64,000 nt of DNA, taken from contig CP136572.1 of the NCBI GenBank assembly GCA_035193785.1, positions 4,852,578-4,916,577 on the forward strand, given 5' to 3'. The notes beneath the pieces are model-generated. The model saw only the letters and a list, made by a program, of their open reading frames with translations, was not told the origin of the DNA and made no database searches. The DNA is from Planktothrix sp. GU0601_MAG3. GTDB lineage: Bacteria > Cyanobacteriota > Cyanobacteriia > Cyanobacteriales > Microcoleaceae. Made by a program: the position numbers and the translations under genes. Of the stretch, positions 1 to 11,587 are shown in pieces; within the stretch, counting starts at the first letter, position 1, and every line of letters begins with the position of its first letter.

Positions 1-450
1 TTATTCAGCCGTTCTTATTTGGAAAATCAAATGGCCGTGGCTTTGGGTGGCCGGGTAGCCGAAGAAATTATCTTTGGGGAAGAAGAAGTCACCACGGGGG
101 CTTCCAATGACTTACAACAGGTGACTCGGGTGGCTCGTCAAATGATTACCCGTTATGGGATGAGCGATCGCCTGGGCCCAGTGGCTTTAGGTCGTCAACA
201 GGGGAATGTGTTCCTGGGCCGGGATATCATGTCGGAACGGGATTTCTCCGAAGAAACCGCCTCCACCATTGATGCCGAAGTCCGTATGCTGGTGGATGCC
301 GCCTATAAACGGGCTAAACAAGTATTAGTCGAAAACCGCCATGTTCTAAATCAATTAGCTGATGTTTTAATTGATAAAGAAACGGTGGATGCCGATGAAT
401 TACAAGAACTGTTAGCCAATAATGAGGTCAAAATGGCGGCGGTTGTTTAA
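1..450 (+). CDS. ftsH: ATP-dependent zinc metalloprotease FtsH, C-terminal part (runs off window)
   Basis: M41 peptidase motifs LGGRVAEE, TTGASNDL, RQMITRYGMS. Confidence 0.95.
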   Translation, partial: LFSRSYLENQMAVALGGRVAEEIIFGEEEVTTGASNDLQQVTRVARQMITRYGMSDRLGPVALGRQQGNVFLGRDIMSERDFSEETASTIDAEVRMLVDAAYKRAKQVLVENRHVLNQLADVLIDKETVDADELQELLANNEVKMAAVV

Positions 451-481
451 TTCAATTTCTAAAAATTGAATCCGTTTAAAT

Positions 482-525
482 AAAAATAGGGCTATATTTC
501 TGGAAACAGAAATAGCCCTATTTTT
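482..525 (+). terminator. Intrinsic terminator-like hairpin after ftsH
   Basis: AAAATAGGGCTAT...ATAGCCCTATTTTT inverted repeat with T tail. Confidence 0.6.
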
Positions 526-728
526 ATGGAAGTCCCCCCCAAAAGTTAGGAAAAAGACTGCTAAAGTCTTTTCTTCACTATTCCCTGTTGCCTGTTCTCG
601 TTCTACAGGCTCACGACGCAGCCTGTTCCCGACTCCTGCTATTTGAAAGACCGCTAAAGTCTTTTCTTGACTGTTCCCTGTTCCCTGTTCCCTGTTCCCT
701 AATTCCGGTAACTTTGAACCCGGGGGAA

Positions 729-1334
729 TTAACGCAGAAAGCAGGCTACAAGCCACAAAACAATAAAAGTAATAAAAGCAATAAATCGTTCTACTGCGAT
801 CGCTCCTGCTAGTGAACTCAATAAACTTCCTAATATTAACCCTCCAATTAAACCCGCAACGGTTAGCAAAACTGCCCGACCAAACTTATTTTCCTTACGA
901 TTAAGAAAATAAAGACAAGATCCCACACCCAGGGCTAAAGTTAGCTGTAATAATGAGGTGGCAAAACCTGAATAAAGACTCAAACCTGCCAATGTGACAT
1001 ATACCCCAGAAGGCCATAATAAATCAGCACGACTGGGAGTATCCCACAGTTGGTTTAACCAATTGGGTTTGGAATTTGCCGCAGGTTGAACACCGGAGGG
1101 CGGAGTCGGGGCCACTCGTTCGGGAAAACGAATTCGTTCCGGGACTTTAATTTTGCCCTCTTGTCGCATTTTTAACCGATCCATCAAAATGGCATCATAA
1201 GCGGCTTCAATCGATTGCAGCAGCTTAACTTCGCCAATATATTGCTGTTTTAGGCGATCCCGAGCTTCCTGAATTTCATCAAAGGAGGCATCAAGGGTAA
1301 CCCCAAGCTGTTCGTAGGGACTTTGCTCGCTCAT
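729..1334 (-). CDS. CPP1-like (J-like domain) membrane protein
   Basis: PYEQLGV..ASFDEIQEAR..IEAAYDAILMDRL plus C-terminal TM helices. Confidence 0.85.
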   Translation of the reverse strand: MSEQSPYEQLGVTLDASFDEIQEARDRLKQQYIGEVKLLQSIEAAYDAILMDRLKMRQEGKIKVPERIRFPERVAPTPPSGVQPAANSKPNWLNQLWDTPSRADLLWPSGVYVTLAGLSLYSGFATSLLQLTLALGVGSCLYFLNRKENKFGRAVLLTVAGLIGGLILGSLLSSLAGAIAVERFIAFITFIVLWLVACFLR

Positions 1335-1402
1335 CGGACTTTTTCTTAATACCGTTTTATTTATTGTAAGCTTAACTCAATCTTGATCCAAACCAATGAA
1401 TC

Positions 1403-2174
1403 CTATTGACTAACAATTCCTGACCACTGCACCCGTTTTAATTGTTCCCGACGGTAGGAGAAAAAAGCCTCCGGGTCTTGATAGGTACAATGGGGAGCGA
1501 TCGCCACTTGTTCGGGTGTAATCCCTAACTGTTCTAGTTGTAAGCTATTAAATCTTCGCACATCTAAACGGACTTTATCAGGTTCGGGATCGGGAAGTAG
1601 GGGGGAATTGGGGAGGTGATAGAAGGGTTCTAGTCCCTCGGTATCGGAAACCAAACTTTGGGCTAACTGGGTCGCCACATCCAGGGAAACCTGATACACC
1701 TGTCCCGAAATCGCTGGCCCCAAAGCCACCCGCAGATCCTCAAGTTGACTCCCCTGGGCTTGAAAATGGGCGATTGTCTCTGGAACAATCTTAGCGGCCG
1801 TCCCCCGCCAGCCCGCATGAAACCGCAGCTACCTTCCCCGTTTGAGCATCCGCAATTAACACCGGAACACAATCAGCCGTGGCTACCCACACCGCCTCCG
1901 AGGAATTTTCCGCCAATAAACCATCTGCTTCGAGCAAAGGAATCTCCTCTGATGCTAAATGATCCACGGGGTCAACAGTTCCGGTTTTCAATACCACATT
2001 CCCATGCACCTGCTTGACTCGGTACACGGTAGCCCCAGGTTGCAAAACATCCACTAAATCCCCAGGAGTCCGAGGACTAAAGGAACGGGTAAAAAAGCCA
2101 TGTTGCCAATCTTTAAGCAAACTACAGGTTAAATAGGGTAATCCATCCCAGGTTTGCCAATGCCAAGTGTGCAT
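1403..2174 (-). CDS. pgeF: PgeF/YfiH polyphenol oxidase-like protein (one apparent frameshift near 1820)
   Basis: QVHG, TADCVP, FFSYRR; removing one T from GTTTC restores HAGWRG. Confidence 0.9.
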
Positions 2175-2235
2175 AAAATTATGATTAGGAACTGTTACGA
2201 CTACAAACTCCCCTGATTTTAACCGATCCGTATTT

Positions 2236-3120
2236 GTGCCTTTGTGTTTTATTCCCATTCCCTTAAATAACTTGCTGAACTTATCCCGTTTAGAATCTAC
2301 CTTACAAACCCTCGTAGAGACGTGCCATGGCGCGTCTCCCGATGGAACGTCTCCCGATGGCGCGTCTCCCGATGGAACGTCTCTACCGAATATTCATTAT
2401 TTTGATAGCTTAATTTCTACTAACCAAACCGCCTGGGAACTCTTAGAACAGGGGGAACCTTCGGGAACCGTGGTGATCGCCGGACAACAAACCGCCGGAC
2501 GGGGACAATGGGGCCGACAATGGCAGTCGAGTCAGGGGGGGCTATTTTTATCAAAAATTGTCGATATCAACCTTCCGGTGACTCAAAAAGCCCAATTAAG
2601 CATCAGTTCCGCTTGGGGTATTGCCACAATTTTGCGCGATCGCGATTGTCCCGTACAACTGAAATGGCCGAATGATATCATCTTAAATCAGCGCAAACTG
2701 GGCGGAATTCTCACCGAAACCAAAATTTCCGGGCAATTTATTACTCAAGCGGTGATCGGAGTTGGTTTAAACTGGGAAAATCCCGTTCCTGAAATTGGGA
2801 TTAATTTACAAAGTTTTTTTGCTCATTCTCCCACACCGCCCTCAATTCAATCCTTAGAATTCCTTGCCGCCCTAGTCCTACAGGGATTAGACCTCGGGAT
2901 TGAACACCTATCCGATGCCAAGGTTAAGAAAATGTTAAAGGGTTATAATCAACTCTTAACCTGTATCGGAAAACCGATCAAAGTTGGGGAGCAAATCGGT
3001 GAAATTATCGGGATTTCGGAACAGGGAAACCTGCGAGTCGGTCTTTATCCTAAAACCGAAATCGGTTTTTCTCAAGAAATTGACCAACAGCCCGGTACAA
3101 TAAGTATCGGCTATAGTTAA
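2236..3120 (+). CDS. birA: Biotin-[acetyl-CoA-carboxylase] ligase (start uncertain)
   Basis: QTAGRGQWGRQW, LKWPND, KLGGIL. Confidence 0.92.
   Translation: MPLCFIPIPLNNLLNLSRLESTLQTLVETCHGASPDGTSPDGASPDGTSLPNIHYFDSLISTNQTAWELLEQGEPSGTVVIAGQQTAGRGQWGRQWQSSQGGLFLSKIVDINLPVTQKAQLSISSAWGIATILRDRDCPVQLKWPNDIILNQRKLGGILTETKISGQFITQAVIGVGLNWENPVPEIGINLQSFFAHSPTPPSIQSLEFLAALVLQGLDLGIEHLSDAKVKKMLKGYNQLLTCIGKPIKVGEQIGEIIGISEQGNLRVGLYPKTEIGFSQEIDQQPGTISIGYS
2314..2386. repeat. GTAG-type REP-like element with four 15-bp internal units, inside birA
   Basis: GTAGAGACG...(ATGG[CG/AA]CGTCTCCCG)x4-like...CGTCTCTAC. Confidence 0.75.
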
Positions 3121-3152
3121 ATATTTAGATCATCATTGGTTGTGTGAGGAAG

Positions 3153-4762
3153 ATGACGGAACAGAAAAAATATCCAACATCCAATACCCGCCAAGGACGT
3201 TGGTACTTGGGTTCAAGAAGTTACGCCCTTTTGGGTTTAGGCTGTCTTACGGGTTTAGTCCTATTCAGTAGTCGTGTAATTGCTACGGATGAATTTTCTA
3301 TACCCGCAGAAGCTGAACCTTTGGAAGCGTCTGTTCCCAGCGTTCCTGAAGACACGACAGGATATAGTGATAGTCTGACTGTTCCGAATACTGAACCCGA
3401 ACCCACCTATAGCGAACCTGAAGCTACTCCAGACTACTCTACACCTGATCCAAGTTATTCTGAACCCGTCTACACTCCCGAACCAGAATATTATTCCGAA
3501 CCCTACAGCCCAGAAATTCCTAATATTGTTCCCCCACCGGAAACAGGAGATTGTTTTTCCCGACCTACCCCCCGCAGCCGAGTCTCCAGCCAATGCTTAT
3601 ATCGACCCAACGGACTACCAAATTGGGGCAACGGAGGGATATACAGACGGCTATGAAGCTCCCTCTACGGTGGTATTCTCCGAACGTTCAACTGGATGCG
3701 AAGCAGCCTTAGAATTGGGACAAGCCGCCGGAGATTTATGCGCCCCGGTTTACCCCTCGCCAATTTATCAGGCGGAAAACAATCAAGTTCCCTACATTGG
3801 TAATACTCCCTATACTGGCAATACTCCCTACATTGGCAATAATAATTTAGGCTCCATTCCCAACCCCTTACTAGACGGGGGAAATACCGCCTATACTCAG
3901 CCCAATTCCTCCTACTCTAATGGTTTTGTTGCCAACTCCCCTGACTATGGCGGAGGCGGTTATGAAGCCAACTATACCTATACAGAGCAACCCCAAGCCG
4001 TTGATTATGGTTCTGGTGGCTCATACTCTGGGGAAGTCGCCGTTACCGGGTTTAGTCCGATTCAAGTTGGCCCGATGGTGGTCAGCAGTATGAGTAATTC
4101 TGGTTTGACCTATTATAATCGCACCCAACGTCCGGCGGCGGTGCGGGGAAATGGTAATACCAGCGTGCTTTTTCCCTTGACCATTCCCTCCCCAATTACT
4201 TCTTTATTTGGTTGGCGACAACACCCGGTTTTGGGTTATGGCCGTTTTCACACGGGGATTGATTTAGGGGCCGATGAAGGGACTCCGGTTGTGGCTTCCT
4301 ATTCCGGTCAAGTGTCCGTCGCTGACTGGTTAGGGGGCTACGGGATGGCGGTGGTACTAAATCACTCTGAAAAATCCCAGGAAACTCTTTATGGTCACCT
4401 ATCAGAATTGTTTGTTAAACCCGGAGAGCTAGTTAAACAGGGAGAAGTTATCGGACGGGTGGGAAGTACGGGGGTATCCACCGGGCCCCATTTACACTTT
4501 GAGTTACGGAAGTTGACCAGTCAAGGTTGGGTGGCTATTGACCCCCGCAATGATATTGAGGTGGGGCTGGCTCAACTATTAAATACTATGAAGGTGGCGC
4601 AGGTTTCCCTCCTCAGAATTTATTGCCAAATTAGCGGAGGATGTGGAAACCGGAATGCCTAAATTACCCCCGTTACCGCCGGGTGTGGATGTGGTTATTC
4701 CTAATTTGGAACCTCCTACCCTGAATTTTGGATTTGCAGAGAATCTTAAAAGTCCTGGTTGA
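3153..4762 (+). CDS. M23 family peptidoglycan metalloendopeptidase (two apparent frameshifts near 3541 and 4605)
   Basis: HTGID, YGHLS, TGPHLHFE; N-terminal TM and Pro-rich region. Confidence 0.88.
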
Positions 4763-4811
4763 TTTGTGACATCTCCCTAATTTGAATGGAGATAAAAACA
4801 TGACTCCATAT

Positions 4812-5446
4812 CAATTAATGATTAATTGAATATTAATGGTGGGTTAGGCGGGTTAACAAAGGTGATCTGTTAATATCAGAAATTTGTACAGAACCCGCCC
4901 CTACAGTTAAATATTTTCCCCGTAGGGGCGGGTTCGAGTTAATCTTTGATTCCCACAAACAATTTACCAAAACTCGCCCCGATTCCCGATGCAATTAATG
5001 ATTAATTGAATATTAACGGTGCGGTTGGGCGGGTTTAGAAAGGTGATCTGTTAATATCATAAATTTGTACGGAACCCGCCCCTACAGTTACATATTTTCC
5101 CCGTAGGGGCGGGTTCGAGTTAATCTTTGATTCCCACAAACAATTTACCAAAACTCGCCCCGATTCCCGATGTAATTAATGATTAATTGAATATTAATGG
5201 TGGGGTTAGGCGGGTTAAGAAAGGTGATCTGTTGATATCATAAATTTGTACGGAACCCGCCCCTACAGTTACATATTTTCCCCGTAGGGGCGGGTTCGAG
5301 TTAACCTTTGATACCCACAAACAATTTACCTAAACCCGCACCGATTTTCGATGTAATTAATGATTAATTGAATATTAATGGTGGGTTAGGCGGGTTAACA
5401 AAGGTGATCTGTTAATATCGGAAATTTGTACGGAACCCGCCCCTAC
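4812..5446. repeat. Tandem array of ~180-181-bp units (3.5 copies) built from REP doublets
   Basis: Units start 4812, 4992, 5173, 5354; each has AATTAATGATTAATT and GTAGGGGCGGGTT/AACCCGCCCCTAC. Confidence 0.9.
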
Positions 5447-5514
5447 GGGTTGAGGAATTAAGGTATTATGTGAATAGGGAATAATCGGAAATTATATTAA
5501 CAACAAATATCAAC

Positions 5515-5875
5515 ATGACTAATGAAATTGTAGTTGTCAGAACAGGTATAACACCCGAAGAACGTCAGGCTAGATACTCCGATAACCTAACGGCGCTGAA
5601 TGAATCACCGGAAGGGTTACGCACCTTGGCAATTTTAGGTAAGACTTTTTACTGGGTTTTGAACTTAGAAACGAGTTCAATCTTGTCGAGAAGTACATAT
5701 TTATAATTGGGAGGGAACCCAAAGGATTGTTGCGCCGATTATACCCGAAGAATGTTATACTATTGAATTCCTGGGTAGATCTAAAACTATTATTGCTTTT
5801 AATCCGAAATCTGTTTGTTTTCAGATTGTCGATCCTCCTAGGAGGTTTGGGCGAAGTTCTGCTTTTTATGAATAA
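5515..5875 (+). CDS. Hypothetical 119-aa protein (restored by removing one A at GAAAC ~5670)
   Basis: Corrected frame is open from ATG 5515 to TAA 5875. Confidence 0.6.
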
Positions 5876-5970
5876 TTGGCACGAAAATAAACAATCTAAT
5901 AAACCTAGTTTTTAACTGTTTTATATCGAATAAAATCAATATTTATAGTTCATAAATTGTTTTTTTAAGA

Positions 5971-6596
5971 TTAATAAATCTTTTCTAACTGTCTGAAATC
6001 CCGTTCCACTTCTGCCCATAATGCCCGATTATGAGGATCGGTTTTTAAGGCTTTTTTTAAATAATTTCTAGCTTTGTCAACTTGCTTTTCGGTAATTAAT
6101 TGTCGTCCCCAACGTTGATAGGAAATCGCTTGCCATTGCTTAATTTCAGGATCATGGGGAATGCGTTGGGCTAACCCTTCAATTAATGCGATCGCCCGGG
6201 GAAAACGCTTAGATTTTAAAAGTTTTTGTAATTCTAAATAGGAATTTTCCTTAATTTTTTGCTCCTCCGGGGTCAATTCAGGATTAAACTCAATCGGCGG
6301 ACTTTTGGAGGTAATTTTAACTTTTGTAGGTTGATATTGGGGAACGTTAAACCCCGATGTCACGGTTTTTTTGGAAGCCGTAACGGGTTTTCTAATTCCG
6401 CTTCCGGTTTGGCAATAGTTAATAAAAATTTATAGGCTTCTGTAATCGCCATAAACTTATCTCGGGCGATTTCATTGCCAGGATTGACGTCAGGATGATA
6501 TTGTCTGGCAAGTTTACGATAAGAAGTTTTCACCGCTTCTAAACTCGCTCCTAATCTTAACCCTAATTGTCGGTAATAGTCTGTTGTATCCATCAC
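5971..6596 (-). CDS. J-domain plus TPR protein (apparent frameshift near 6390)
   Basis: HPD motif; TPR-like helices in the downstream frame. Confidence 0.85.
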
Positions 6597-6714
6597 TAAT
6601 TGTATCAGTGACTCAATTTAATAATATGGGAGATGAATTTCACAAATAGGAAAGCAAATAGAGGATAAATGGATGGGATGTCACCCATCCAATATTGTAG
6701 TAAATTGTTAACCC

Positions 6715-7329
6715 TTAACCTGCGGTTAAAGCCGCGGTCACCCGTTCTTCAATCACTTGGTCAATTAAACCATAATCCTTGGCTTCTTGGGCAGATAGGA
6801 AATAATCCCGATCCGTATCCTTCTGAATTTTTGCCAAGGTTTGTCCAGTACGTTGAACTAAAATATCATTCAATAAACTGCGGATTCTCAAAATTTCTCT
6901 GGCTTCAATTTCGATATCCGTAGCCTGCCCCCTTGCCCCGCCCAAGGGTTGGTGAATCATAATTCTGGCATGGGGTAAGGCCAAACGTTTTCCGGGGGTT
7001 CCGGCGGCTAATAGAAAAGCTCCCATGGAAGCGGCTAAACCCACACAAATCGTGACCACATCAGCCTTAATATATTGCATGGTATCGTAAATTGCCATAC
7101 CTGCTGTTACCGATCCCCCGGGAGAATTGATATACAAATAAATCGGTTTATTAGAATCTTCCGAATCTAAATAAAGCATTTGTGCCACAATTCGATTAGC
7201 TAAACTATCGGTGACTTCTTGACCCAAAAATAGAATGCGTTCTACACCTAAACGGGTATAAATATCAATCCATCTTTCGTATTGACTACCTGGAAGACGG
7301 TAAGGAACACTCGGAATCCCAATCGGCAT
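6715..7329 (-). CDS. clpP: Clp protease proteolytic subunit (ClpP3-like)
   Basis: YINSPGG, GLAASMG (catalytic Ser), IMIHQP. Confidence 0.95.
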   Translation of the reverse strand: MPIGIPSVPYRLPGSQYERWIDIYTRLGVERILFLGQEVTDSLANRIVAQMLYLDSEDSNKPIYLYINSPGGSVTAGMAIYDTMQYIKADVVTICVGLAASMGAFLLAAGTPGKRLALPHARIMIHQPLGGARGQATDIEIEAREILRIRSLLNDILVQRTGQTLAKIQKDTDRDYFLSAQEAKDYGLIDQVIEERVTAALTAG

Positions 7330-7358
7330 AGCTTTTCCCTTTTTAACTTCAATTAATT

Positions 7359-8046
7359 TTAAACCGTTGCCACCAATGCCGGCAATTCTTTTCGACTCTT
7401 TAACACCTTATCAATTAAGCCATATTCCTTGGCTTCTTCGGGAGTTAAATAGAACATCCGATCGGTATCTTTAGAAATTTTTGCCACCGTTTGTCCGGTA
7501 CTTTTTGCTAAAATTTCTAACATGGTTCTCTTATTATCGAGAACTTCCTTCGCCCGAATTTGGATATCCGTTGCTTGACCTCTTGCCCCACTTTTGGTTT
7601 GATTTAAAACAATGGTGGCATTCGGTAAACTCGCCCGAAAACCCTTAGTCCCCGCCGCTAAAATCATGGCTGCGGTTCCCATCGCTTGACCGATACAAAT
7701 GGTATGAACCGGAGGTTTGATATAACCTAGGGTATCGCAAATGGCAAAGGCTTCAGTCTCAAACCCAATTGCATCCCCTCCATACCAGGAAGTTTCCTGT
7801 GGAGTTGATGTAGAAATAGATAGGTTTATCGGGATCGTCAAACTGTAAGTAAAGCAGTTGAGCGATAATTAGTTCAGTAACATCAATCCCGACTTGACGT
7901 TTGATATCATCGGACGAATACAGGGGAAGTCCCAAATAGACGATCCTTTCCTTCAACAGAAGGGATTCTAAGTCTGGCGGGGGAGTCCGAATCGGGCTAT
8001 CGGTGTAAGAATATGCCGATTGCACAGCTTGAATAGGTTCTCTCAT
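7359..8046 (-). CDS. clpR: Non-catalytic Clp subunit ClpR (apparent frameshift near 7793)
   Basis: [26 protein letters not shown] lacks the catalytic Ser; adjacent to clpP. Confidence 0.88.
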
Positions 8047-8102
8047 CAGAAATTCTCAACCTTAAACTTATAGAAATAGTAGCGCAACTTCAGGTAATCA
8101 TA

Positions 8103-9341
8103 ATGAAACTCAGTTTACAAGCAATTCTTAGTGATCCCAACTTTGATCTGTCCGTTGGCAACAGTCAACGTCAGTTGGCGATCTCCATTTCGGCTTTTCC
8201 CTCCCAAAGTGATGCTGATGTCCCTTTAAATTTGTGCCTAATTTTAGATCATAGCGGTTCTATGAGTGGAAAACCACTAGAAACCGTGAAACAGGCGGCA
8301 ATTGAGTTAGTGGATCGATTAAAACCGGGCGATCGCATTTCTATTATAACCTTTGATCATCGCGCTAAGGTTTTAATTCCCAATCAAGATATCACGGATT
8401 TGGAAAATATTAAACGGAAAATTCAAGGCTTAAAAACCTCCGGGGGGACGGCCATTGATGAAGGGCTAAAGTTAGGGATTGAGGAATTAGGAAAGGGCAA
8501 ACAGGAACGAATTTCCCAAGGGTTTTTATTAACCGATGGCGAAAATGAACATGGAGACAATGATCGCTGTTTGAAATTAGCCAAACTCGCCGCTAGTTAT
8601 AACTTAACTATTAATACTTTGGGGTTTGGTGAAGATTGGAACTCCGATGTTTTAGAAAAAATTGCTGATGCTGCTGGGGGAACTTTAGCCTATATTGAAT
8701 ATCCCGAACAAGCCCTAGATGAATTCAGCCGTTTGTTCAATAAAATGCAGTCCGTGGGCCTAACTAATTCCTATTTATTATTGGATTTAATGCCCCATGT
8801 CCGGTTAGCCGAACTCAAACCCATCGCCCAGGTTGCCCCCGATACCATTGAATTACCGATTCAAAAAGAAGGCGATAAATGGATTGTCCGTTTAGGGGAT
8901 GTGATGAAAGATGTGGATCGGGTGGTCTTAGCCAATTTATATTTTGACAAATTCCCCCCTGGAAAACAAGCGATCGCCCATGTTCAAGTCCGCTATGATG
9001 ATCCCTCCCTAGATTTAAAAAATTTATATTCTGATTTGGTGATTGTGGAAGGTAATTTTGTGAGTCCCTATCAACCCAAAATGGATGGGTTTGTGCAACA
9101 ACAAATTTTAACCTTAGCCAAATATCGTCAAACTCAAATTGCCGAAACCAAACTGCAACAAGGCGACCGGGCGGGGGCAGCCACCATGTTACAAACCGCC
9201 GCTAAAACCGCTTTACAAATGGGGGATAAAAACGCGGCAACAGTTCTACAAACCAGTGCCACTCGCTTACAATCGGGAGAAGAATTATCCGAAAGCGATA
9301 AGAAGAAAACCCGGATTGTGTCTAAAACCGTTTTAAAATAA
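8103..9341 (+). CDS. VWA domain protein
   Basis: MIDAS DHSGSM, GGT, LTDG. Confidence 0.9.
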   Translation: MKLSLQAILSDPNFDLSVGNSQRQLAISISAFPSQSDADVPLNLCLILDHSGSMSGKPLETVKQAAIELVDRLKPGDRISIITFDHRAKVLIPNQDITDLENIKRKIQGLKTSGGTAIDEGLKLGIEELGKGKQERISQGFLLTDGENEHGDNDRCLKLAKLAASYNLTINTLGFGEDWNSDVLEKIADAAGGTLAYIEYPEQALDEFSRLFNKMQSVGLTNSYLLLDLMPHVRLAELKPIAQVAPDTIELPIQKEGDKWIVRLGDVMKDVDRVVLANLYFDKFPPGKQAIAHVQVRYDDPSLDLKNLYSDLVIVEGNFVSPYQPKMDGFVQQQILTLAKYRQTQIAETKLQQGDRAGAATMLQTAAKTALQMGDKNAATVLQTSATRLQSGEELSESDKKKTRIVSKTVLK

Positions 9342-9638
9342 GCGGGAACACAGCAATGGGGAAACCCCGTCCTAAAAATTACGGGTTTGGGATAATCCGG
9401 GTTTCCCAGGAATATAAAATAGTGTAAAGTCAAACTTTCCAGTTTTATAACTGTCTATTTTGTCGCCAACAGACACAGCCCCTAAAACCCTGATTTTGCT
9501 TGAGTTGATCAGGGTTTTCCCTTGAAATAGACTCCCCCATTTTCTCCCAACCCTGTAGAACTTAGAATAGTAGCACTCACTAACTACTAAAGCCATTCAA
9601 TCCCCCAGTAGAGTGAAATCAAAGCATAAGGAAAATGT

Positions 9639-10176
9639 ATGATTTCCAATCGAGTTCGCACCTGTTTAATTGCCACAATTGTTCCTTTTATGATTAGTTT
9701 GTTCATGCCGATGTCGGGAAATGCCCAAACCCCCAGCAGTAACGGCAATACTGATATATTTATCCTTAAAACCCAAGATGCCAACCATAATATGTTTCAC
9801 GTCCCTGTGATTTCTAATTTTGATTGGTTCAATGATGGGGATAAAATTGGCTTAACCGATGGCATTAGTGAAAACGATTTGGACTATAAAGAATTAATGG
9901 ATTTTGATGGGGATAGACGGGCTGATGATGTTGTAATTAAAATCAAATCTACCCAAGAAATTTTGGGCGTTGTTCTAAATGCCGATGACTTTGTTTTAGA
10001 AGGAGAATTTGTTTCTATTCCTTCGGTTTCGACTCGACCCATTGCTTGCTTACCTAAAACCAATACAACCACCTGTCAAGTTTCCTGCTTTCAACCCCAC
10101 AATTGTGCAATCTTCATCGAGTGTAACTTCCCCAGAAAGTCCTCAACCCAAAGGAGAAATCAATTCTCAAAAATAA
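9639..10176 (+). CDS. Secreted hypothetical protein (apparent frameshift near 10082)
   Basis: Signal-like N-terminus; GDKIGLTDG..EILGVVLN resembles RTX-protein C-terminal caps; corrected tail ...QPKGEINSQK*. Confidence 0.55.
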
Positions 10177-10281
10177 ACCGGGCAAAATATTGTCCCTTGG
10201 GCATTTTCCCCCAATCATCGGATCAAATTAACAGTAATTTGTTAAACTATAATAGCTCTTTAAACTTGAGATTTTATTCCG

Positions 10282-11508
10282 ATGAAACGTTTCGATGTTG
10301 TGATTATTGGTGCGGGGCCAGCCGGAGGTCAATGTGCAAGACAACTCACCCAGGCGGGTCAGCAAGTATTATTAGTTGAACAACATGAAACTTTTTATAA
10401 AAATGATTTTTCCAGCGCCGCTACACCGCTAGAAACTTTGGAAAAATTCCATTTACCTGAAACCGTTGTCGGGAGTTTTTGGCAAAATTTAGTGATTTTT
10501 ACCACAAATGTGCATCAAAAATGGCAGTCTCCAACACCTTTGGGGGCTGTTTTTGATTTTGCTAAATTACGCGAATTTTTAGCCACAGAAGTTATTACCC
10601 ATGGCGGTGAAGTTTGGATGGGATATCGCTATCTTAGGCATTTTAAGGATAATCAAAATACAATTATTGAATTAAAACAACGGTCTACCGGGGAAATTAT
10701 TTTGGTAGAAACTCAAGTTTTAGTGGATGCAACCGGGCCGACTCGGGCTGTGATGTATACTAAAAAAGCACCTCAACCTGATTATTTAACCGGGACGGGA
10801 ATAGAATATTTAATTGAACTTTCAGAAACGGACTATCAAAAATATTCTCAAGACCTAATTTTCTTTTTAGGTCATCGTTGGATGCCTAGGGGCTATTCTT
10901 GGATTTTTCCCATGGGAAATAATCGCTTAAAAGTGGGGTCTGCCCAATTAAATCGTTCCCATGAATGGGTAAATCAAACTCAGACTTTACGTTCATATCT
11001 GGAATTATTATTAACAGATTATTTAACAGAAATTCCCTATAAAGTTATTAATCATCATGGGGGAATGTTAAAATATTCTAGTGGTTTAGAAGATATTTAT
11101 TATCAGGATAATATTATTGCTATTGGGGACGCGGTTTCTATGGTGAATATGTTAGGCGGAGAGGGTATTCGTCACGGAATGCAAAATGCAAATATTGCGG
11201 CGGAATATATTCAAGATTATCTAGCGGGAAAAATAACTAATTTTGCCGGATATCGTCAGGAAATCAAACAAACCTATACTAAAACTTGGAATTTATCGGA
11301 ACAAATGGGCTTGAGTAAATATTTAAAATATAGTGATCAGTCTATTGATAAAGGGGTCTATTATCTGAAGGATTTATCTTTGGAAGATATGATGGCTATT
11401 TTATTTGATTATGATTTTAAACGCTTATATAAAGCCGGATTCAAATATTTGCGCTATAAAATTAGTAAAATTTGGACGAGATTAAAACTTAAACTCAATT
11501 TGACCTAA
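10282..11508 (+). CDS. FAD-dependent oxidoreductase, geranylgeranyl reductase-like
   Basis: GAGPAG, DATG, GYSWIFP, GDA..GEGI. Confidence 0.85.
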   Translation: MKRFDVVIIGAGPAGGQCARQLTQAGQQVLLVEQHETFYKNDFSSAATPLETLEKFHLPETVVGSFWQNLVIFTTNVHQKWQSPTPLGAVFDFAKLREFLATEVITHGGEVWMGYRYLRHFKDNQNTIIELKQRSTGEIILVETQVLVDATGPTRAVMYTKKAPQPDYLTGTGIEYLIELSETDYQKYSQDLIFFLGHRWMPRGYSWIFPMGNNRLKVGSAQLNRSHEWVNQTQTLRSYLELLLTDYLTEIPYKVINHHGGMLKYSSGLEDIYYQDNIIAIGDAVSMVNMLGGEGIRHGMQNANIAAEYIQDYLAGKITNFAGYRQEIKQTYTKTWNLSEQMGLSKYLKYSDQSIDKGVYYLKDLSLEDMMAILFDYDFKRLYKAGFKYLRYKISKIWTRLKLKLNLT

Positions 11509-11587
11509 TTTTGTCTGGAATTATTCGATTAATTTTGATTATAATAGATCAGGATCACCCGATAGGTTGATGGGAGGATAAGCAACG

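Noticed and set aside
412..812. ORFs downstream of ftsH
   Set aside because: Translations of GGGAACA heptamers and a short local duplication.
4812..5446. CRISPR array
   Set aside because: Whole units, including would-be spacers, are repeated; there are no unique spacers.
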